Shown: in pieces, positions 46,900 through 56,697 of the stretch
Layout: the number at the start of each line of letters is the position of its first letter
Position numbering within the stretch: position 1 is the first letter of the stretch
Source of the DNA: an uncultured virus (IMG/VR IMGVR_UViG_3300037010_004438)
Lineage: Duplodnaviria; Heunggongvirae; Uroviricota; Caudoviricetes
Virus record (IMG/VR): IMGVR_UViG_3300037010_004438
Length of the DNA: 64,000 nucleotides
Strand: one strand, 5' to 3'
Notes under the pieces: generated by a model
Database searches by the model: none
Told to the model about the DNA's origin: nothing
The model's input: the letters and a program-made list of their open reading frames with translations, nothing else
Program-made: the position numbers and the translations under genes

Positions 46900-48501
46900 A
46901 TGTCAGAGGACAAAGGCCCCCTCCCGCCCATCGACGACGAGAAGATGTACGTGCTGGTTTGCCGCCGGCTCGCGAGGGCGCGCGGCGGAACGACCGTCGG
47001 CTCGCTGATGATCCCAATCGACGGCCCGAACCGCGTCGATGGCCGCCTCGTCGCCGTCGGCTACAAGCACGTCTCTCCGACGAAGTGGATCAAGTCCGAT
47101 CTTCTCGGCAGCTTCGTCATGTGGTGGAACAAGACGCAGGAGAACCCGTACCTCGTCGGCTCCGAGCAGAACGCGCCGCCCCCGCTCGCCTACCACTTCT
47201 GGAACTACCTCCGCGAAGGTGCGGACAAGAGCAAGGAGCTGTCGGTCGCCCTCTCGTCGCTGCCGAGCTGGGCGTGGGATAGGCTCATCTCGTCTCGCGG
47301 ATGCAAGATCGCCAAGAACGAGAAGGGGTGGTACACCGTCGAGGGGCACATTCGCATCGCTTGGGACGCGGTCCTGCGGGGTCGCGAGATCGGGCGCGCG
47401 ATCCGGAGGTTCCGAGTCGCCGATCGTCAGTACCTCCCGAAGTTCAGCAACGCGGCGCTGGCCATCCTCGGAGCCCACACCCCCGAGACGCAACACTCGG
47501 CGATCGCGGCGCTCATGAAGACGCCGAACGACCACGAGCCCGCGCCCATCGAGGTCCTCACGCGCATCCGGCCCGGCGACCTTCCGCTCGCCCTCATGAG
47601 CCGGGTCGAGAAGGACGTCTCGAAGAACCCTCGCGTCCTGCTCGCGCACGCTTACGGCGAGAGCGGGTATAGCCTACGCTTCCAAGACCTCGCCGAAAAG
47701 CACGGAGTGGGAAAGGATCGCGAGGCCCTCGGCAAGCTCTTCTCCCCTGCCTACCCACACCTGCCGCCCGAGATGGCGGTCCGCATCGCGCGCGGCGAAT
47801 CTCCCGTCCAGCTGTCGGGCGGCGTCCTCAACAAGGCCGAAGCGCACGCTTGGCTCAACGACTACAACCGCTATCCCGCCGTAGCGCTCTGGATCGTCCG
47901 CAACCTGCTAGACAAGCCGGGCTTCCTCGCTCCGCGCAGCCCCCTCGTCGCGCGCTGGATGGTCGACATCGACAAGCGAGGCGGGTGGGGACAGCTCACC
48001 AAAGATCGCGTCATTTACGGGCCGATGAACGAGGAGATGCACTACACCTTCGCCTCGAAGCTCGACGAAATCCAGGACGAGGATCTCGTCGACGGCGTGA
48101 GGACGGGGGTTCAGGCGGCCTTCGAGCACGCCGCGCATCGCCTCGAAGCGCCCATGATCGACCGCCTCAGCAGAGATCACCGCGTCCTCAACAAGAGCGG
48201 ATGGCCCCTCTACAACAAGGTCATGCGCGAGCTGAACACGCCCGCGCTCCTCATCACCGAAGGCAAGGAGATGCGACACTGCGTCGGCAGCTACGTCGAG
48301 TCCGTGCGTCGCGGACAGGACGTCATCCTCGCCATCAACGTGAACGGCAACCGCTCGACGATCGAGCTGGAGAAGGTTCCGAAGGGCGGAAGGCGCCCGA
48401 GAATCTTCCAGCACCGCTCGATCAGCAACGGGCCGCCCGCGAAGATCAACGAAGTCCTCATCGAGAAGTGGATGCAAAAGGTCTTCGCGCCCGAGAAGTG
48501 A
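46900..48501 (+). CDS. PcfJ-like domain-containing protein
   Basis: C-terminal LITEGKEMRHCVGSY..RSTIEL. Confidence 0.75.
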   Translation: MSEDKGPLPPIDDEKMYVLVCRRLARARGGTTVGSLMIPIDGPNRVDGRLVAVGYKHVSPTKWIKSDLLGSFVMWWNKTQENPYLVGSEQNAPPPLAYHFWNYLREGADKSKELSVALSSLPSWAWDRLISSRGCKIAKNEKGWYTVEGHIRIAWDAVLRGREIGRAIRRFRVADRQYLPKFSNAALAILGAHTPETQHSAIAALMKTPNDHEPAPIEVLTRIRPGDLPLALMSRVEKDVSKNPRVLLAHAYGESGYSLRFQDLAEKHGVGKDREALGKLFSPAYPHLPPEMAVRIARGESPVQLSGGVLNKAEAHAWLNDYNRYPAVALWIVRNLLDKPGFLAPRSPLVARWMVDIDKRGGWGQLTKDRVIYGPMNEEMHYTFASKLDEIQDEDLVDGVRTGVQAAFEHAAHRLEAPMIDRLSRDHRVLNKSGWPLYNKVMRELNTPALLITEGKEMRHCVGSYVESVRRGQDVILAINVNGNRSTIELEKVPKGGRRPRIFQHRSISNGPPAKINEVLIEKWMQKVFAPEK

Positions 48502-48552
48502 ACCGCGCGGCTCGCAAGGCCGCGCAACAACCGCCAACCGAGGAGCTGCGCC

Positions 48553-49119
48553 GTGCGCCCCCTTTCCCGCATCGCCTTCCGCACCAAGAACAGTCAGGGC
48601 AAGGTCGTCAGGGAGGTCGTCCCCGTGTCCTTTTTGCGCGTCGTCGCGATCGCCGTCCAGGCGGCCTTCGATGCGCAGCCGCGTTCGAGGACTCTCCGCT
48701 CCTCCGACAACGCCTCCGCGCCGAACCTCGCCCGCGCCGTCGTCAAGGTTTCCTTTGAGGGAGCCCCGGGGGACAGCGGAGTCTTCTACGACGTATACCT
48801 CCTCCCATCGATGGGTGGTTGGAAGGGGAAGAACGAACGGCTCATCTTCTACAACTACCGCAGCGGCAAGGAGTGGCGGGAGCGGGGAGTCGTTCGTCTG
48901 ACCCAGCGAGAGGTCGAGCAGCGCGCAGCCTCCTTCCTCTCACCAGTCTTCCCCGTGCAGCACGTCAGCGATGAAGCCGTCCGCTACGCCGAGGAATTGA
49001 TCGTCTCCAGGCTCACGATCTTCGGCTTCAGCGTCAAGATTGGAGAGGCTCCACGAAGCCGAGCCCCATCCGCTTCTACACGGCCTACCACTACGACGGG
49101 GCGCGGGCGCGCAAGATGA
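48553..49119 (+). CDS. Tandem paralog family member 1
   Basis: FLRVVAIAVQ ... EVE..ASFLSPVFPVQHVSD. Confidence 0.65.
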   Translation: MRPLSRIAFRTKNSQGKVVREVVPVSFLRVVAIAVQAAFDAQPRSRTLRSSDNASAPNLARAVVKVSFEGAPGDSGVFYDVYLLPSMGGWKGKNERLIFYNYRSGKEWRERGVVRLTQREVEQRAASFLSPVFPVQHVSDEAVRYAEELIVSRLTIFGFSVKIGEAPRSRAPSASTRPTTTTGRGRAR

Positions 49120-49185
49120 AGTCGCCGCCGCGGAGACGGCCGTGAAGGCGCGCATCTCCCATCCTCATTACCTCTTGGAGGAGCC

Positions 49186-49686
49186 GTGAAACCTCGCCCC
49201 ATCCACTTCCGCGCACCACTCAATCCGGACGCTCCGGACACGGCGTTTTTTCGAGCTGTCGTCCCAGAGCCGTTCATGCGCGTGCTCGCCATCGCCTGCC
49301 AGGCGGCCATCAACGCCCATCCCCGCGAGGAGACAAGCCGTCGCCGATTTCTCAGGACGCATGTGGGCGCACGGAGAGACATCAATCTCTCCGTCGTATT
49401 CTACCGCGTCGGAGGGATTGTCGACCTCGACGTCACCCTTCGCAATCAGCGCGACCGCGAACTCTGGCGCTCCTTCACCTGCGCGACAAGGCAAGGCCGA
49501 AGTGTCCGGTGGTACCTTGAGGACGCCGATGGGGTCATTCCCGAGAAGGCCGTAGAAAAAGAGGTCGCCTCCTTCCTGAACCCCGCGTTTCCTGTCCAGG
49601 CCGTCTCCGACAGGGCAATCGCTCTCGCGGAGATGGTCATGAAGGAGTATCTCCTCGGCCGCCAGTGCATTCCAGAGGAGTCGTGA
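49186..49686 (+). CDS. Tandem paralog family member 2
   Basis: FMRVLAIACQ ... EVASFLNPAFPVQAVSD. Confidence 0.7.
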   Translation: MKPRPIHFRAPLNPDAPDTAFFRAVVPEPFMRVLAIACQAAINAHPREETSRRRFLRTHVGARRDINLSVVFYRVGGIVDLDVTLRNQRDRELWRSFTCATRQGRSVRWYLEDADGVIPEKAVEKEVASFLNPAFPVQAVSDRAIALAEMVMKEYLLGRQCIPEES

Positions 49687-49737
49687 CCGCATCGTCGAGG
49701 AAGCGCGACATCGCTACATGGAGGACCAAAAGTAGCC

Positions 49738-49851
49738 ATGTCCCATAAAGAGGTCGCGACGTTCTTCTCTCCCATCCTTCCCGTACAGCACATCTCCGAC
49801 CGGGCGATCGCCCTCGCGGACGGTCTCCTCATCGACGCCATCGGGCGCTGA
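49738..49851 (+). pseudogene. C-terminal remnant of a tandem paralog family member
   Basis: EVATFFSPILPVQHISDRAIALA. Confidence 0.65.
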
Positions 49852-49917
49852 AACCTCGGCCCAATCCGCCGCGGGCCGGTTCTGACTTTCGGAAAGTCTG
49901 GTACGATGAGGCCTGTC

Positions 49918-50283
49918 ATGAACGTCGCGAACGACGCCGAAGATCCCGTCCTACGCGTCCTGTCCATCGCCGTGCAAGGGTTCATCAACCGGTTTCCGAA
50001 GAGCCGGATGGACGTGCGCACGGTCGGTCACTTCATCCGCACCTCCGTCTCGACGAGCGGAAAGACCGCCCACATCGGCCTCATTCGTGCAAGGCCCGAC
50101 TCCTTCATCAGCCTCGTCTTCCGCGGTTCGTGGGAGCGCGCAAACTTCCGCAAGGCCTATGTAAAGGCGACGCGGGCGGAGGTCGAAAAAATCGCGGCCG
50201 TCTACTTCACACGCCCTTACCTCGTCGAGCGCGTCGAGGCGCCCGCCGTCGAGATCGCCCAGCGCCTCCTCGGGAGGCCGTGA
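49918..50283 (+). CDS. Tandem paralog family member 4
   Basis: LRVLSIAVQGFIN ... EVEKIAAVYFTRPY. Confidence 0.7.
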   Translation: MNVANDAEDPVLRVLSIAVQGFINRFPKSRMDVRTVGHFIRTSVSTSGKTAHIGLIRARPDSFISLVFRGSWERANFRKAYVKATRAEVEKIAAVYFTRPYLVERVEAPAVEIAQRLLGRP

Positions 50284-50774
50284 TGCGCATCCACTCTCGT
50301 CGAGGATACTTCATCCTCGCGCCCGACCCCTTCTTCCGCGTCCTGTCCATCGCCGCGCAGGGGCTCATCAACCTCTATCCCCGCACGCCTTGGGAGGAGA
50401 AACGCGGCTTCATCATCGTCAAGAAGAGCTGGTCCCCCCTCGAACACTGGGACTACGATCAGATGCGAGCGCTCGGAGCCTTCGAGGACGAAGAGGAGAA
50501 GCCCTACCTCCTCCTCCTCTACCGCAAGCCGGCCCGCAAAGACCGGGAGCCGAATCCTCACTACTCCTCCAGCGACAGGGCCTCGCTCCGCTTCGCGTAC
50601 AGCGACATCACAGGCGCCTGGTTCGGCGAAACGATGATGAACAACGACGAGGCGCATGTGAGCGGCGCGGAGGTCGAGAGGGCCGTCGCCACGTTCTTCA
50701 CCCATCCCTACCCTGTGATGCGCGTGACCGACGCGGCCATCGAGTTCGCGAAGCACATCTTCACCAGGTCGTAA
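50283..50774 (+). CDS. Tandem paralog family member 5
   Basis: FRVLSIAAQGLIN ... EVERAVATFFTHPYPV. Confidence 0.7.
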   Translation: MRIHSRRGYFILAPDPFFRVLSIAAQGLINLYPRTPWEEKRGFIIVKKSWSPLEHWDYDQMRALGAFEDEEEKPYLLLLYRKPARKDREPNPHYSSSDRASLRFAYSDITGAWFGETMMNNDEAHVSGAEVERAVATFFTHPYPVMRVTDAAIEFAKHIFTRS

Positions 50775-50777
50775 ACC

Positions 50778-51110
50778 ATGCCGCCTGTCGTTCCTCCAAA
50801 CTTCCTCCGCGTCGTCGCCCAGGGCCTCATGAACAAGTGGCCCAAGGCGAACGCGCGCGTCCTCCTCGAACGGCGAACGGGAGCGCAGCGTCTCTACACG
50901 GAGTCTTTCCGCCACGGCGACTGCGAGATCGCCCGCACGCTGGCACTGACCTTTATTGGGCGTCGACATGGTCGGGACTTTCTCGTCCTCATCCACGTCC
51001 CCGAGATGGACGCATGGCGACGCGATCCGATTGGTCGATTCCTTCTCGACGCAGAGGACGAAGACTTCACGACGCGGCGAGAGGTCGAAGAGATCGTCGC
51101 CTTGAGGTAG
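50778..51110 (+). CDS. Tandem paralog family member 6, C-terminally truncated
   Basis: FLRVVAQGLMN ... REVEEIVALR* immediately before a hairpin arm. Confidence 0.6.
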   Translation: MPPVVPPNFLRVVAQGLMNKWPKANARVLLERRTGAQRLYTESFRHGDCEIARTLALTFIGRRHGRDFLVLIHVPEMDAWRRDPIGRFLLDAEDEDFTTRREVEEIVALR

Positions 51111-51115
51111 AATTC

Positions 51116-51157
51116 GCTCGCCCGACTTCGTCGGGCTCGCACGCGGACGTGGACGGG
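51116..51157. repeat. Hairpin-family right arm (copy J)
   Basis: GCTCGCCCGACTTCGTCGGGCTCGCACGCGGACGTGGAC. Confidence 0.7.
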
Positions 51158-51171
51158 AGGTCCTCAGGGTC

Positions 51172-52407
51172 ATGGATCCGCACAAGATCGAGATCATGTT
51201 TTTGGGCGACTCCATCGTCGCCGGATACCCAACCGTCAGCGGTTTTCGAGGCAAAATCGCTCGCGCGCTCAAGGGCAGACCCATCTCCTTCGTGGGCCCG
51301 CTCGTCGACGATGCAGGGCTCCATCACGCGGGCTTCATCGGCTACACGATCACGATGATGCAGAGGCACCTGCCTGCCCTGCTCTCCTACCGGCCCGACG
51401 TCCTCGTCCTCTCTGCGGGCGGAAACGGTCTCCCTGACACGCCTCCCGACGTCATCGGGCGCGACCTACGTGCCATCGTCGACGCCTTCCTTCGCAATGG
51501 CACGCGCGTCGTCTACGTCTCGCGCATCCCCGACGTGCGCAACTACAGCGAGACCATCGCCGCCTACAACCAGGCGATCGAAGACGCCGTTCGAGCAATG
51601 GCCCGCGTCAAGATCATCGACATGGGGAGCGCTGCAGGCCCCGCCTCGCTCGACTCTCCGCTCTATGCGGACGACGCGCACCCGAGCGACCTCGGCTACG
51701 AGGCCATGGCGAACGAGTTTCTCTACCGCGCCTTCCACCTCCGCACGCCGAAGGAGCCGCTCGCCTCGGTCGGAGAAGAGGAAGACATCGTCCTGCCCGC
51801 AAAGCGCGCGCTCGACGAGGTCTATCCCTACCTCCACCCGAAGATCGCGCTCTACGCGCTCGCGCTCGGTCTGCTTTCCCGCTACGGGCGCAAGGCTCCG
51901 TGGACCTACCACGGGATGCCTTCGCACAACTGGGGAATGGTTCAGTACACACGGAGTCGTCACGCCGGTTCCTTCAAGTTCCTCGAAGAAGGTCCCTCCT
52001 TCGCGAAGTTTGCGACGCCCGAAGAAGGGGCCACCGCGCTCATCGAAACGTGGGCGACGCCGGATGTGCGCCGCGCGTGCATCGAGGGCGACGAAGAAGA
52101 TGTCGCGAGGGCCATGGGCGAAGAACCGATCTTCGCCAAGGCTCTGCGAGAAGCCTCTCATCACATCGCGCGCAAAATCCCTAGCTACGCGCCTTTCCTC
52201 GCGAAAAAGGACGAAAAGAACATATACTCAGGAAAAAGCACCATCGCGACGGGGGAAGACTCCTCCAAGCCCCTCTCCTCCGATTCCGGCGCCCTTTCGA
52301 GAGAGCCGGACGGGCGCCCGTTCTCGGCGTGGAACGTCGGCGTCCTCGCCGTCGCGACCGGCATCTTCGCCGGCACGCTCCTCATCAACCGCAAGCAGGC
52401 AGTCTAA
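51172..52407 (+). CDS. SGNH/GDSL esterase fused to a possible lysozyme-like domain, C-terminal TM
   Basis: FLGDSI, GGN, DDAHP..GY; HNWG..F.KFATPEEG. Confidence 0.8.
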   Translation: MDPHKIEIMFLGDSIVAGYPTVSGFRGKIARALKGRPISFVGPLVDDAGLHHAGFIGYTITMMQRHLPALLSYRPDVLVLSAGGNGLPDTPPDVIGRDLRAIVDAFLRNGTRVVYVSRIPDVRNYSETIAAYNQAIEDAVRAMARVKIIDMGSAAGPASLDSPLYADDAHPSDLGYEAMANEFLYRAFHLRTPKEPLASVGEEEDIVLPAKRALDEVYPYLHPKIALYALALGLLSRYGRKAPWTYHGMPSHNWGMVQYTRSRHAGSFKFLEEGPSFAKFATPEEGATALIETWATPDVRRACIEGDEEDVARAMGEEPIFAKALREASHHIARKIPSYAPFLAKKDEKNIYSGKSTIATGEDSSKPLSSDSGALSREPDGRPFSAWNVGVLAVATGIFAGTLLINRKQAV

Positions 52408-52430
52408 GCCGCCCCCAGCCAGAGGCATCC

Positions 52431-53426
52431 ATGTCTCACAGCCCTGTTCTCTTCACCGTCTCCTCGCCCTCCACTTCCGCGCTCGCGGCGCTCGCCGGGA
52501 AGTTCAACGACGGAGATTGGGCCGCGATCGGAAACGCGTACTACACGTACCGTTCGAGCGGCGGCGGCGCGTACTCGTTCGGGGCCGTCCCGTCCATCGA
52601 AGGAGGTGCGTGGATTCCCTATGACGACGTGTTCGTCCAGACCGCCTCCCACGAAATCGTCTTGCCTGCCCCAGGAGGCACAAGCGTATTTCGCCTCCCC
52701 CTCGGCTCATACGTCGCGGCCAACGCAAACGACTGCAACGTCGACATTTCGACGAATGGCGGCTCGTCCTGGATCGAGCAGCAGTACGGACACGACTTCA
52801 GCTTCTACGTGAGCGGACAGAACAACCATCCTTTCTCGCAGCCGGCGTCGGTCGGCGACGTTGCCTCCGGAATCAACCTCGCAGGTCTCGCGCCGCCCAC
52901 CTGGCTCATCCGCATTCGCTGGATTGAGAGAACCTCCCCCTTCGCTCCCCGGTCCATCATCCCTACGAAGTTCGTGCTTTCGGGGTCCAGCTGGGTGCGC
53001 GATGACGCGGTGAGCTGGTTCACTTCGGAAGCGGCCGATACGCCCAACGGAATCGTTCTTCCTCCGCCCCCTTCCGGATTCGTTCCCGAGCTGTGGAGGA
53101 TCACTCGGCACGTAGGGGGGATCAATCGCGTCACTTCCGGCATCACCTTCCGAGGAGGAGGCCGCCGTCTCGTTCCCTATTTCCGAGGACCTCAAGCAAA
53201 CGTCGCCGACCCGAACGCCATCGTCCTCGTCGGCGCCTCGGGCGTGGCCACCCCATCGCTGCGCAAGCTCAAGTACCGCGTCTGCTACTACAACCCGACC
53301 CTCCGCATCCGCACCGCGTTCGCTCCAGGACTCATCACCTACCTCGGAGGAGCCCGCGGGGATCGGCACAACGGAGAGTCTTCCGCCATCCGGACGACGG
53401 GCACCGTCTACGTCGACCCGTCCTGA
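52431..53426 (+). CDS. Beta-rich hypothetical protein (possible spike/vertex protein)
   Basis: GAGG RBS; S/G/T/aromatic-rich; slightly different codon usage. Confidence 0.6.
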   Translation: MSHSPVLFTVSSPSTSALAALAGKFNDGDWAAIGNAYYTYRSSGGGAYSFGAVPSIEGGAWIPYDDVFVQTASHEIVLPAPGGTSVFRLPLGSYVAANANDCNVDISTNGGSSWIEQQYGHDFSFYVSGQNNHPFSQPASVGDVASGINLAGLAPPTWLIRIRWIERTSPFAPRSIIPTKFVLSGSSWVRDDAVSWFTSEAADTPNGIVLPPPPSGFVPELWRITRHVGGINRVTSGITFRGGGRRLVPYFRGPQANVADPNAIVLVGASGVATPSLRKLKYRVCYYNPTLRIRTAFAPGLITYLGGARGDRHNGESSAIRTTGTVYVDPS

Positions 53427-53602
53427 ACTCGACACCCGGGCGCAGAAGAAGTATAATCGGGGAGACGTTCACGGCGCTGCCGAGCTTCCCGCCGTCAAGC
53501 CGGGGTCCTTTAGAAACTCGTTCGGGTTTCTTTAGAATACCGGCCGGTATTCTCTAGGACCCCGACTTGACGGCGCGAGGCTCTGCGAACTTTCGGCAAG
53601 TC

Positions 53603-54103
53603 ATGAAGACCTCGTCCATCATCCTTGCCTCCGTCGGAGCGATCGCCGCTGGTGCCGTGCTCTACGTCGCGCTGAAGAGGCCCGAGCACCCCGACGACGC
53701 GGATCCAGCCACCAGAAACCCTTGGCGAGGCACAGGGTCGAGCTGCGAGGTCGACTTCGATGGACGGCCCGCGGCCGACAAGGCGAAGATCGTCGCGCTC
53801 GTGAACGCGGCCGCCGCGAAGACGCTCTCTGCCGCGCGCGCGATTGCCTCGTGCGACGTCGAGGCGTACCGAACGATCGCGGCGTCCGTCGTCCCCGCGC
53901 CAACGCTGCCCTCCGCCGATCATTCGGACGATCTCGACCCTCTCACGAAGAATCCGTGGCGCGGGACGAGCCTCCCCTGCGAGAGCGAGTTCGACGCGAT
54001 GCCGACGCTTCAGAAGCGAGCGACCGTCTCCCTCCTCGCCGCAACCAAGACCCAAAACGTGGCCGCATATGCCGCGCTCATGAAGTGTGAAAAGCAGGTC
54101 TGA
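53603..54103 (+). CDS. TM-anchored protein with duplicated DP.T.NPWRGT..CE..FD domain
   Basis: Internal two-fold repeat. Confidence 0.75.
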   Translation: MKTSSIILASVGAIAAGAVLYVALKRPEHPDDADPATRNPWRGTGSSCEVDFDGRPAADKAKIVALVNAAAAKTLSAARAIASCDVEAYRTIAASVVPAPTLPSADHSDDLDPLTKNPWRGTSLPCESEFDAMPTLQKRATVSLLAATKTQNVAAYAALMKCEKQV

Positions 54104-54181
54104 CGCTGCCGCCTTCATGCGCGCGGTCGCTTTCCAACCCGCGAAGACGGAGCGGACGAAATTCATCCTGAGGCCCCTCCC

Positions 54182-54496
54182 ATGAGCCACGCCATCCTCT
54201 CGACCCTCCGCACCGTCCGCGCTTCGTTCCTTCACGCCGGCGTCCCAGCCTCGACCGCCGTGGCCGAGCCGCGCACGTCCGTCGGCGGCGTCGCGGACGC
54301 CATCATCCCCTTCGCCTCCGCGATCGGCTGGGTCGGCGGGCTCGCGGGGGGCGTGCTCGGCGCCTACCACGGCTACAAGCGCAACGACTCCGTCGGCTGG
54401 GCCATCGGCTGGTCGATCCTCGGCGGCATGTTCTGGCCGATCGCGCTGCCGGTAATGTTCGCGCAGGGCCTCGGCGAGCCGAAGAGCGGCGCGTAA
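54182..54496 (+). CDS. Small membrane protein (AYHGYKRN..GWA..W)
   Basis: Two to three TM helices. Confidence 0.75.
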   Translation: MSHAILSTLRTVRASFLHAGVPASTAVAEPRTSVGGVADAIIPFASAIGWVGGLAGGVLGAYHGYKRNDSVGWAIGWSILGGMFWPIALPVMFAQGLGEPKSGA

Positions 54497-54511
54497 GCGC
54501 GCCCCCCTCTC

Positions 54512-54778
54512 ATGAACCACGCATCGCTCGCCTCCTTGCGCGCAAAAAGCCCCACGCTCGCGCACGTTGGAAACGAACCGGACTTCTCAGGGCTCATCTG
54601 GGGTGGTACGGCCCTCGCAGGGCTCGGCCTCGGGGGCCTCCTCCTCTTCCTCGGCCATCCCGTCCTTGGGGCCTCAGCCGCCGTTGTCGGCGCCGCCCCA
54701 CTCGGGTACAAGCTCTACAAGAAGTACGAGGCCGAGCAACACCCGCCCGCCGCGGCTGTTCCGCAAAAGGCGCCATGA
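54512..54778 (+). CDS. Small membrane protein
   Basis: MNHASLASLRAK leader, TM hairpin. Confidence 0.7.
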   Translation: MNHASLASLRAKSPTLAHVGNEPDFSGLIWGGTALAGLGLGGLLLFLGHPVLGASAAVVGAAPLGYKLYKKYEAEQHPPAAAVPQKAP

Positions 54779-55089
54779 ACCACCTCGCCCTCGCCTCTCT
54801 TCGCGCGAAGCACGTCGCAGCCCATGTCGGCTTCCCGCTCTCCTCGAACCTCACGCTCGACGAAGCGCTTCACGCCGCCGTCGGCGTCGGCGTCGGCGCG
54901 GTCGGCATGAGGCTCTACATGAGCCACTGCCGAGGCGAGATGGTTCGCTGGGCCAAGAAAGCCGAAGTAACCCACGAGGGCATGGCGAAGGCCGCCGGCA
55001 TCGACAAGAGCGAGGCCGAGCACCATCTCGGAGCTGCCGTCGCCTACGCGCGCTGCGCCCGGAAAATCGGCAGCGAAGACAGGGGCTGA
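54775..55089 (+). CDS. Small membrane protein
   Basis: MNHLALASLRAK leader; ATGA overlap. Confidence 0.7.
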   Translation: MNHLALASLRAKHVAAHVGFPLSSNLTLDEALHAAVGVGVGAVGMRLYMSHCRGEMVRWAKKAEVTHEGMAKAAGIDKSEAEHHLGAAVAYARCARKIGSEDRG

Positions 55090-55113
55090 TCCGTGCTTCT
55101 GCGCGTCCGCGTC

Positions 55114-55509
55114 ATGCTTGGGCGAGACGGCGCGACCGTTCAGGAGATCCCGAACCTCCTGATGGGCGCGCTCGCGCGCATCTCGAAGTGGAAGTGGCAG
55201 GGGAGCTTTGCAAAGCGAAACAGGCTACTCGGGCAAGGCAAGCCCTTCGGCCACTACACCCTCTCGGCCATCCCCACGGAAGTGCCGCTCGACCTCCACA
55301 TGAAGGGCGAGTCTCCGAAACACGAATTCCGCATGACGCTCTCTCAAAAGATGACGAGCGCGAACCTCAAAGAACTTCGAGCGCTCAAGAGCGTCCTTGA
55401 AGAGACCAGCGAGCGCCTCCTTCGCGGCGAGCTGCGGGGGACCATTCTCGGCCCTACCGACTTTCGCGGCGACCGTCCCGTCATCGGATCCTACGAAGCG
55501 AGCCCGTGA
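55114..55509 (+). CDS. Hypothetical protein
   Basis: Coding bias; start uncertain. Confidence 0.5.
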   Translation: MLGRDGATVQEIPNLLMGALARISKWKWQGSFAKRNRLLGQGKPFGHYTLSAIPTEVPLDLHMKGESPKHEFRMTLSQKMTSANLKELRALKSVLEETSERLLRGELRGTILGPTDFRGDRPVIGSYEASP

Positions 55510-55658
55510 TGCTCGCGCTCCTCCTTGCCGCCCTCTCTCACCTCGGGCCTTGGTGCCTGCCCCCGTCCTCCACCTCTCCCGCGATCCTTCTGACGTGGGA
55601 GGCGGGGGATGGGGCGCACTGCGTCGGGAAGAATGAGTGGTAGGACGCGAAAAAGTTC

Positions 55659-55711
55659 GCTCGCCGGGCTTTGCCCGACTCGCGCGTGGGGCGCGGGACG
55701 CGGGGCGGGCG
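55659..55711. repeat. Hairpin-family right arm (copy K)
   Basis: GCTCGCCGGGCTTTGCCCGACTCGCGCGTGGG nearly identical to copy F. Confidence 0.75.
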
Positions 55712-55754
55712 ACCGCTCGCCAACCCCTCTAAGAAGAGCTACTATTTGCAGACA

Positions 55755-56285
55755 ATGTCCGTCCTGCAGTCTCTCCTCTCCCAGCCCGCTCCTTCGGTCG
55801 ACCCGGCTCCCGCGCCGCGTGCGGAAAGGGGCCCGACGCCGGTTCGGATGCCCAACGTTCCCGACTTCGGCCTGCCGACCATCAAAGTCGGAGCGCTCGT
55901 CGAGGCGACCAATCCGCCCCCGAAGTCGAACGCCTTCGCGAACTTCGTGCTACTCGCCGCGGTCGGCGTCGGCGCCTACATGTTCGGCAAGAGCCGAACG
56001 GAGAAGCCTCGCGAAGAATCGAAGGACGACCTCATCCCCGGCACCAGCATCACCGTCGGCGGCGAGAACGTCTCCGTCACGCTCCGCTCCCCGCCTCCCT
56101 CGATGAAGCCGAGCGCGAAGGTTGGAGGGGCGAGGTCGCTGAAGGGCAAAGCGACGAAGGATGCCTCCATCCGCGTCCCGACGCCTCCGGCGACGCTCAA
56201 GAGCGGGATGGTCCCGAGCCTCGACTACGAGTTCGATCTCGACGATTTCGGAGGCGAGTACGGCTCCTCCACGCGCCGCTTCTGA
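55755..56285 (+). CDS. Pro-rich single-pass membrane protein
   Basis: TACTAT 9 nt before the ATG; TM FVLLAAVGVGAYMF. Confidence 0.65.
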   Translation: MSVLQSLLSQPAPSVDPAPAPRAERGPTPVRMPNVPDFGLPTIKVGALVEATNPPPKSNAFANFVLLAAVGVGAYMFGKSRTEKPREESKDDLIPGTSITVGGENVSVTLRSPPPSMKPSAKVGGARSLKGKATKDASIRVPTPPATLKSGMVPSLDYEFDLDDFGGEYGSSTRRF

Positions 56286-56292
56286 GAGTTCG

Positions 56293-56697
56293 ATGAACGT
56301 GCTCATCCTCGACGACGACGATCGCCGCCACGACACGTTCGCGGCGGCGCTTCGCCGCTTCGAGGTCCGGCACGCGCGCTCCTTCGCCGAGTTCAAGCAC
56401 GCCATCGAGAAGGAGCGCGCGGAGGTCATCTACCTCGATTACGACCTCGACCTGCGGTACCCCGACTTTTCCATCGGCGCGAGTCTCACCGGGAGACGCA
56501 AGTCGCTTACGGGGGAAGACGCGGCGAGGCTCCTCACAAAGCTCCCGAAGGAGCGTCGTCCCAAGCGCGTCATCATCCACTCGAAAAATCGTGCCGGAAG
56601 TGAGAGAATCGCCGAAGTCCTCGGGGAGGCCGGGATTCCCTTCCGTCGCTACGCGTACGACGAGCTGTTCCCGGGAGAGAACGGAGAGAAGACATGA
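56293..56697 (+). CDS. Cyclic-phosphate-processing receiver-like (cREC) domain protein
   Basis: ILDDD.RR, YLDYDL, TGED, IIHS.N..G. Confidence 0.8.
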   Translation: MNVLILDDDDRRHDTFAAALRRFEVRHARSFAEFKHAIEKERAEVIYLDYDLDLRYPDFSIGASLTGRRKSLTGEDAARLLTKLPKERRPKRVIIHSKNRAGSERIAEVLGEAGIPFRRYAYDELFPGENGEKT

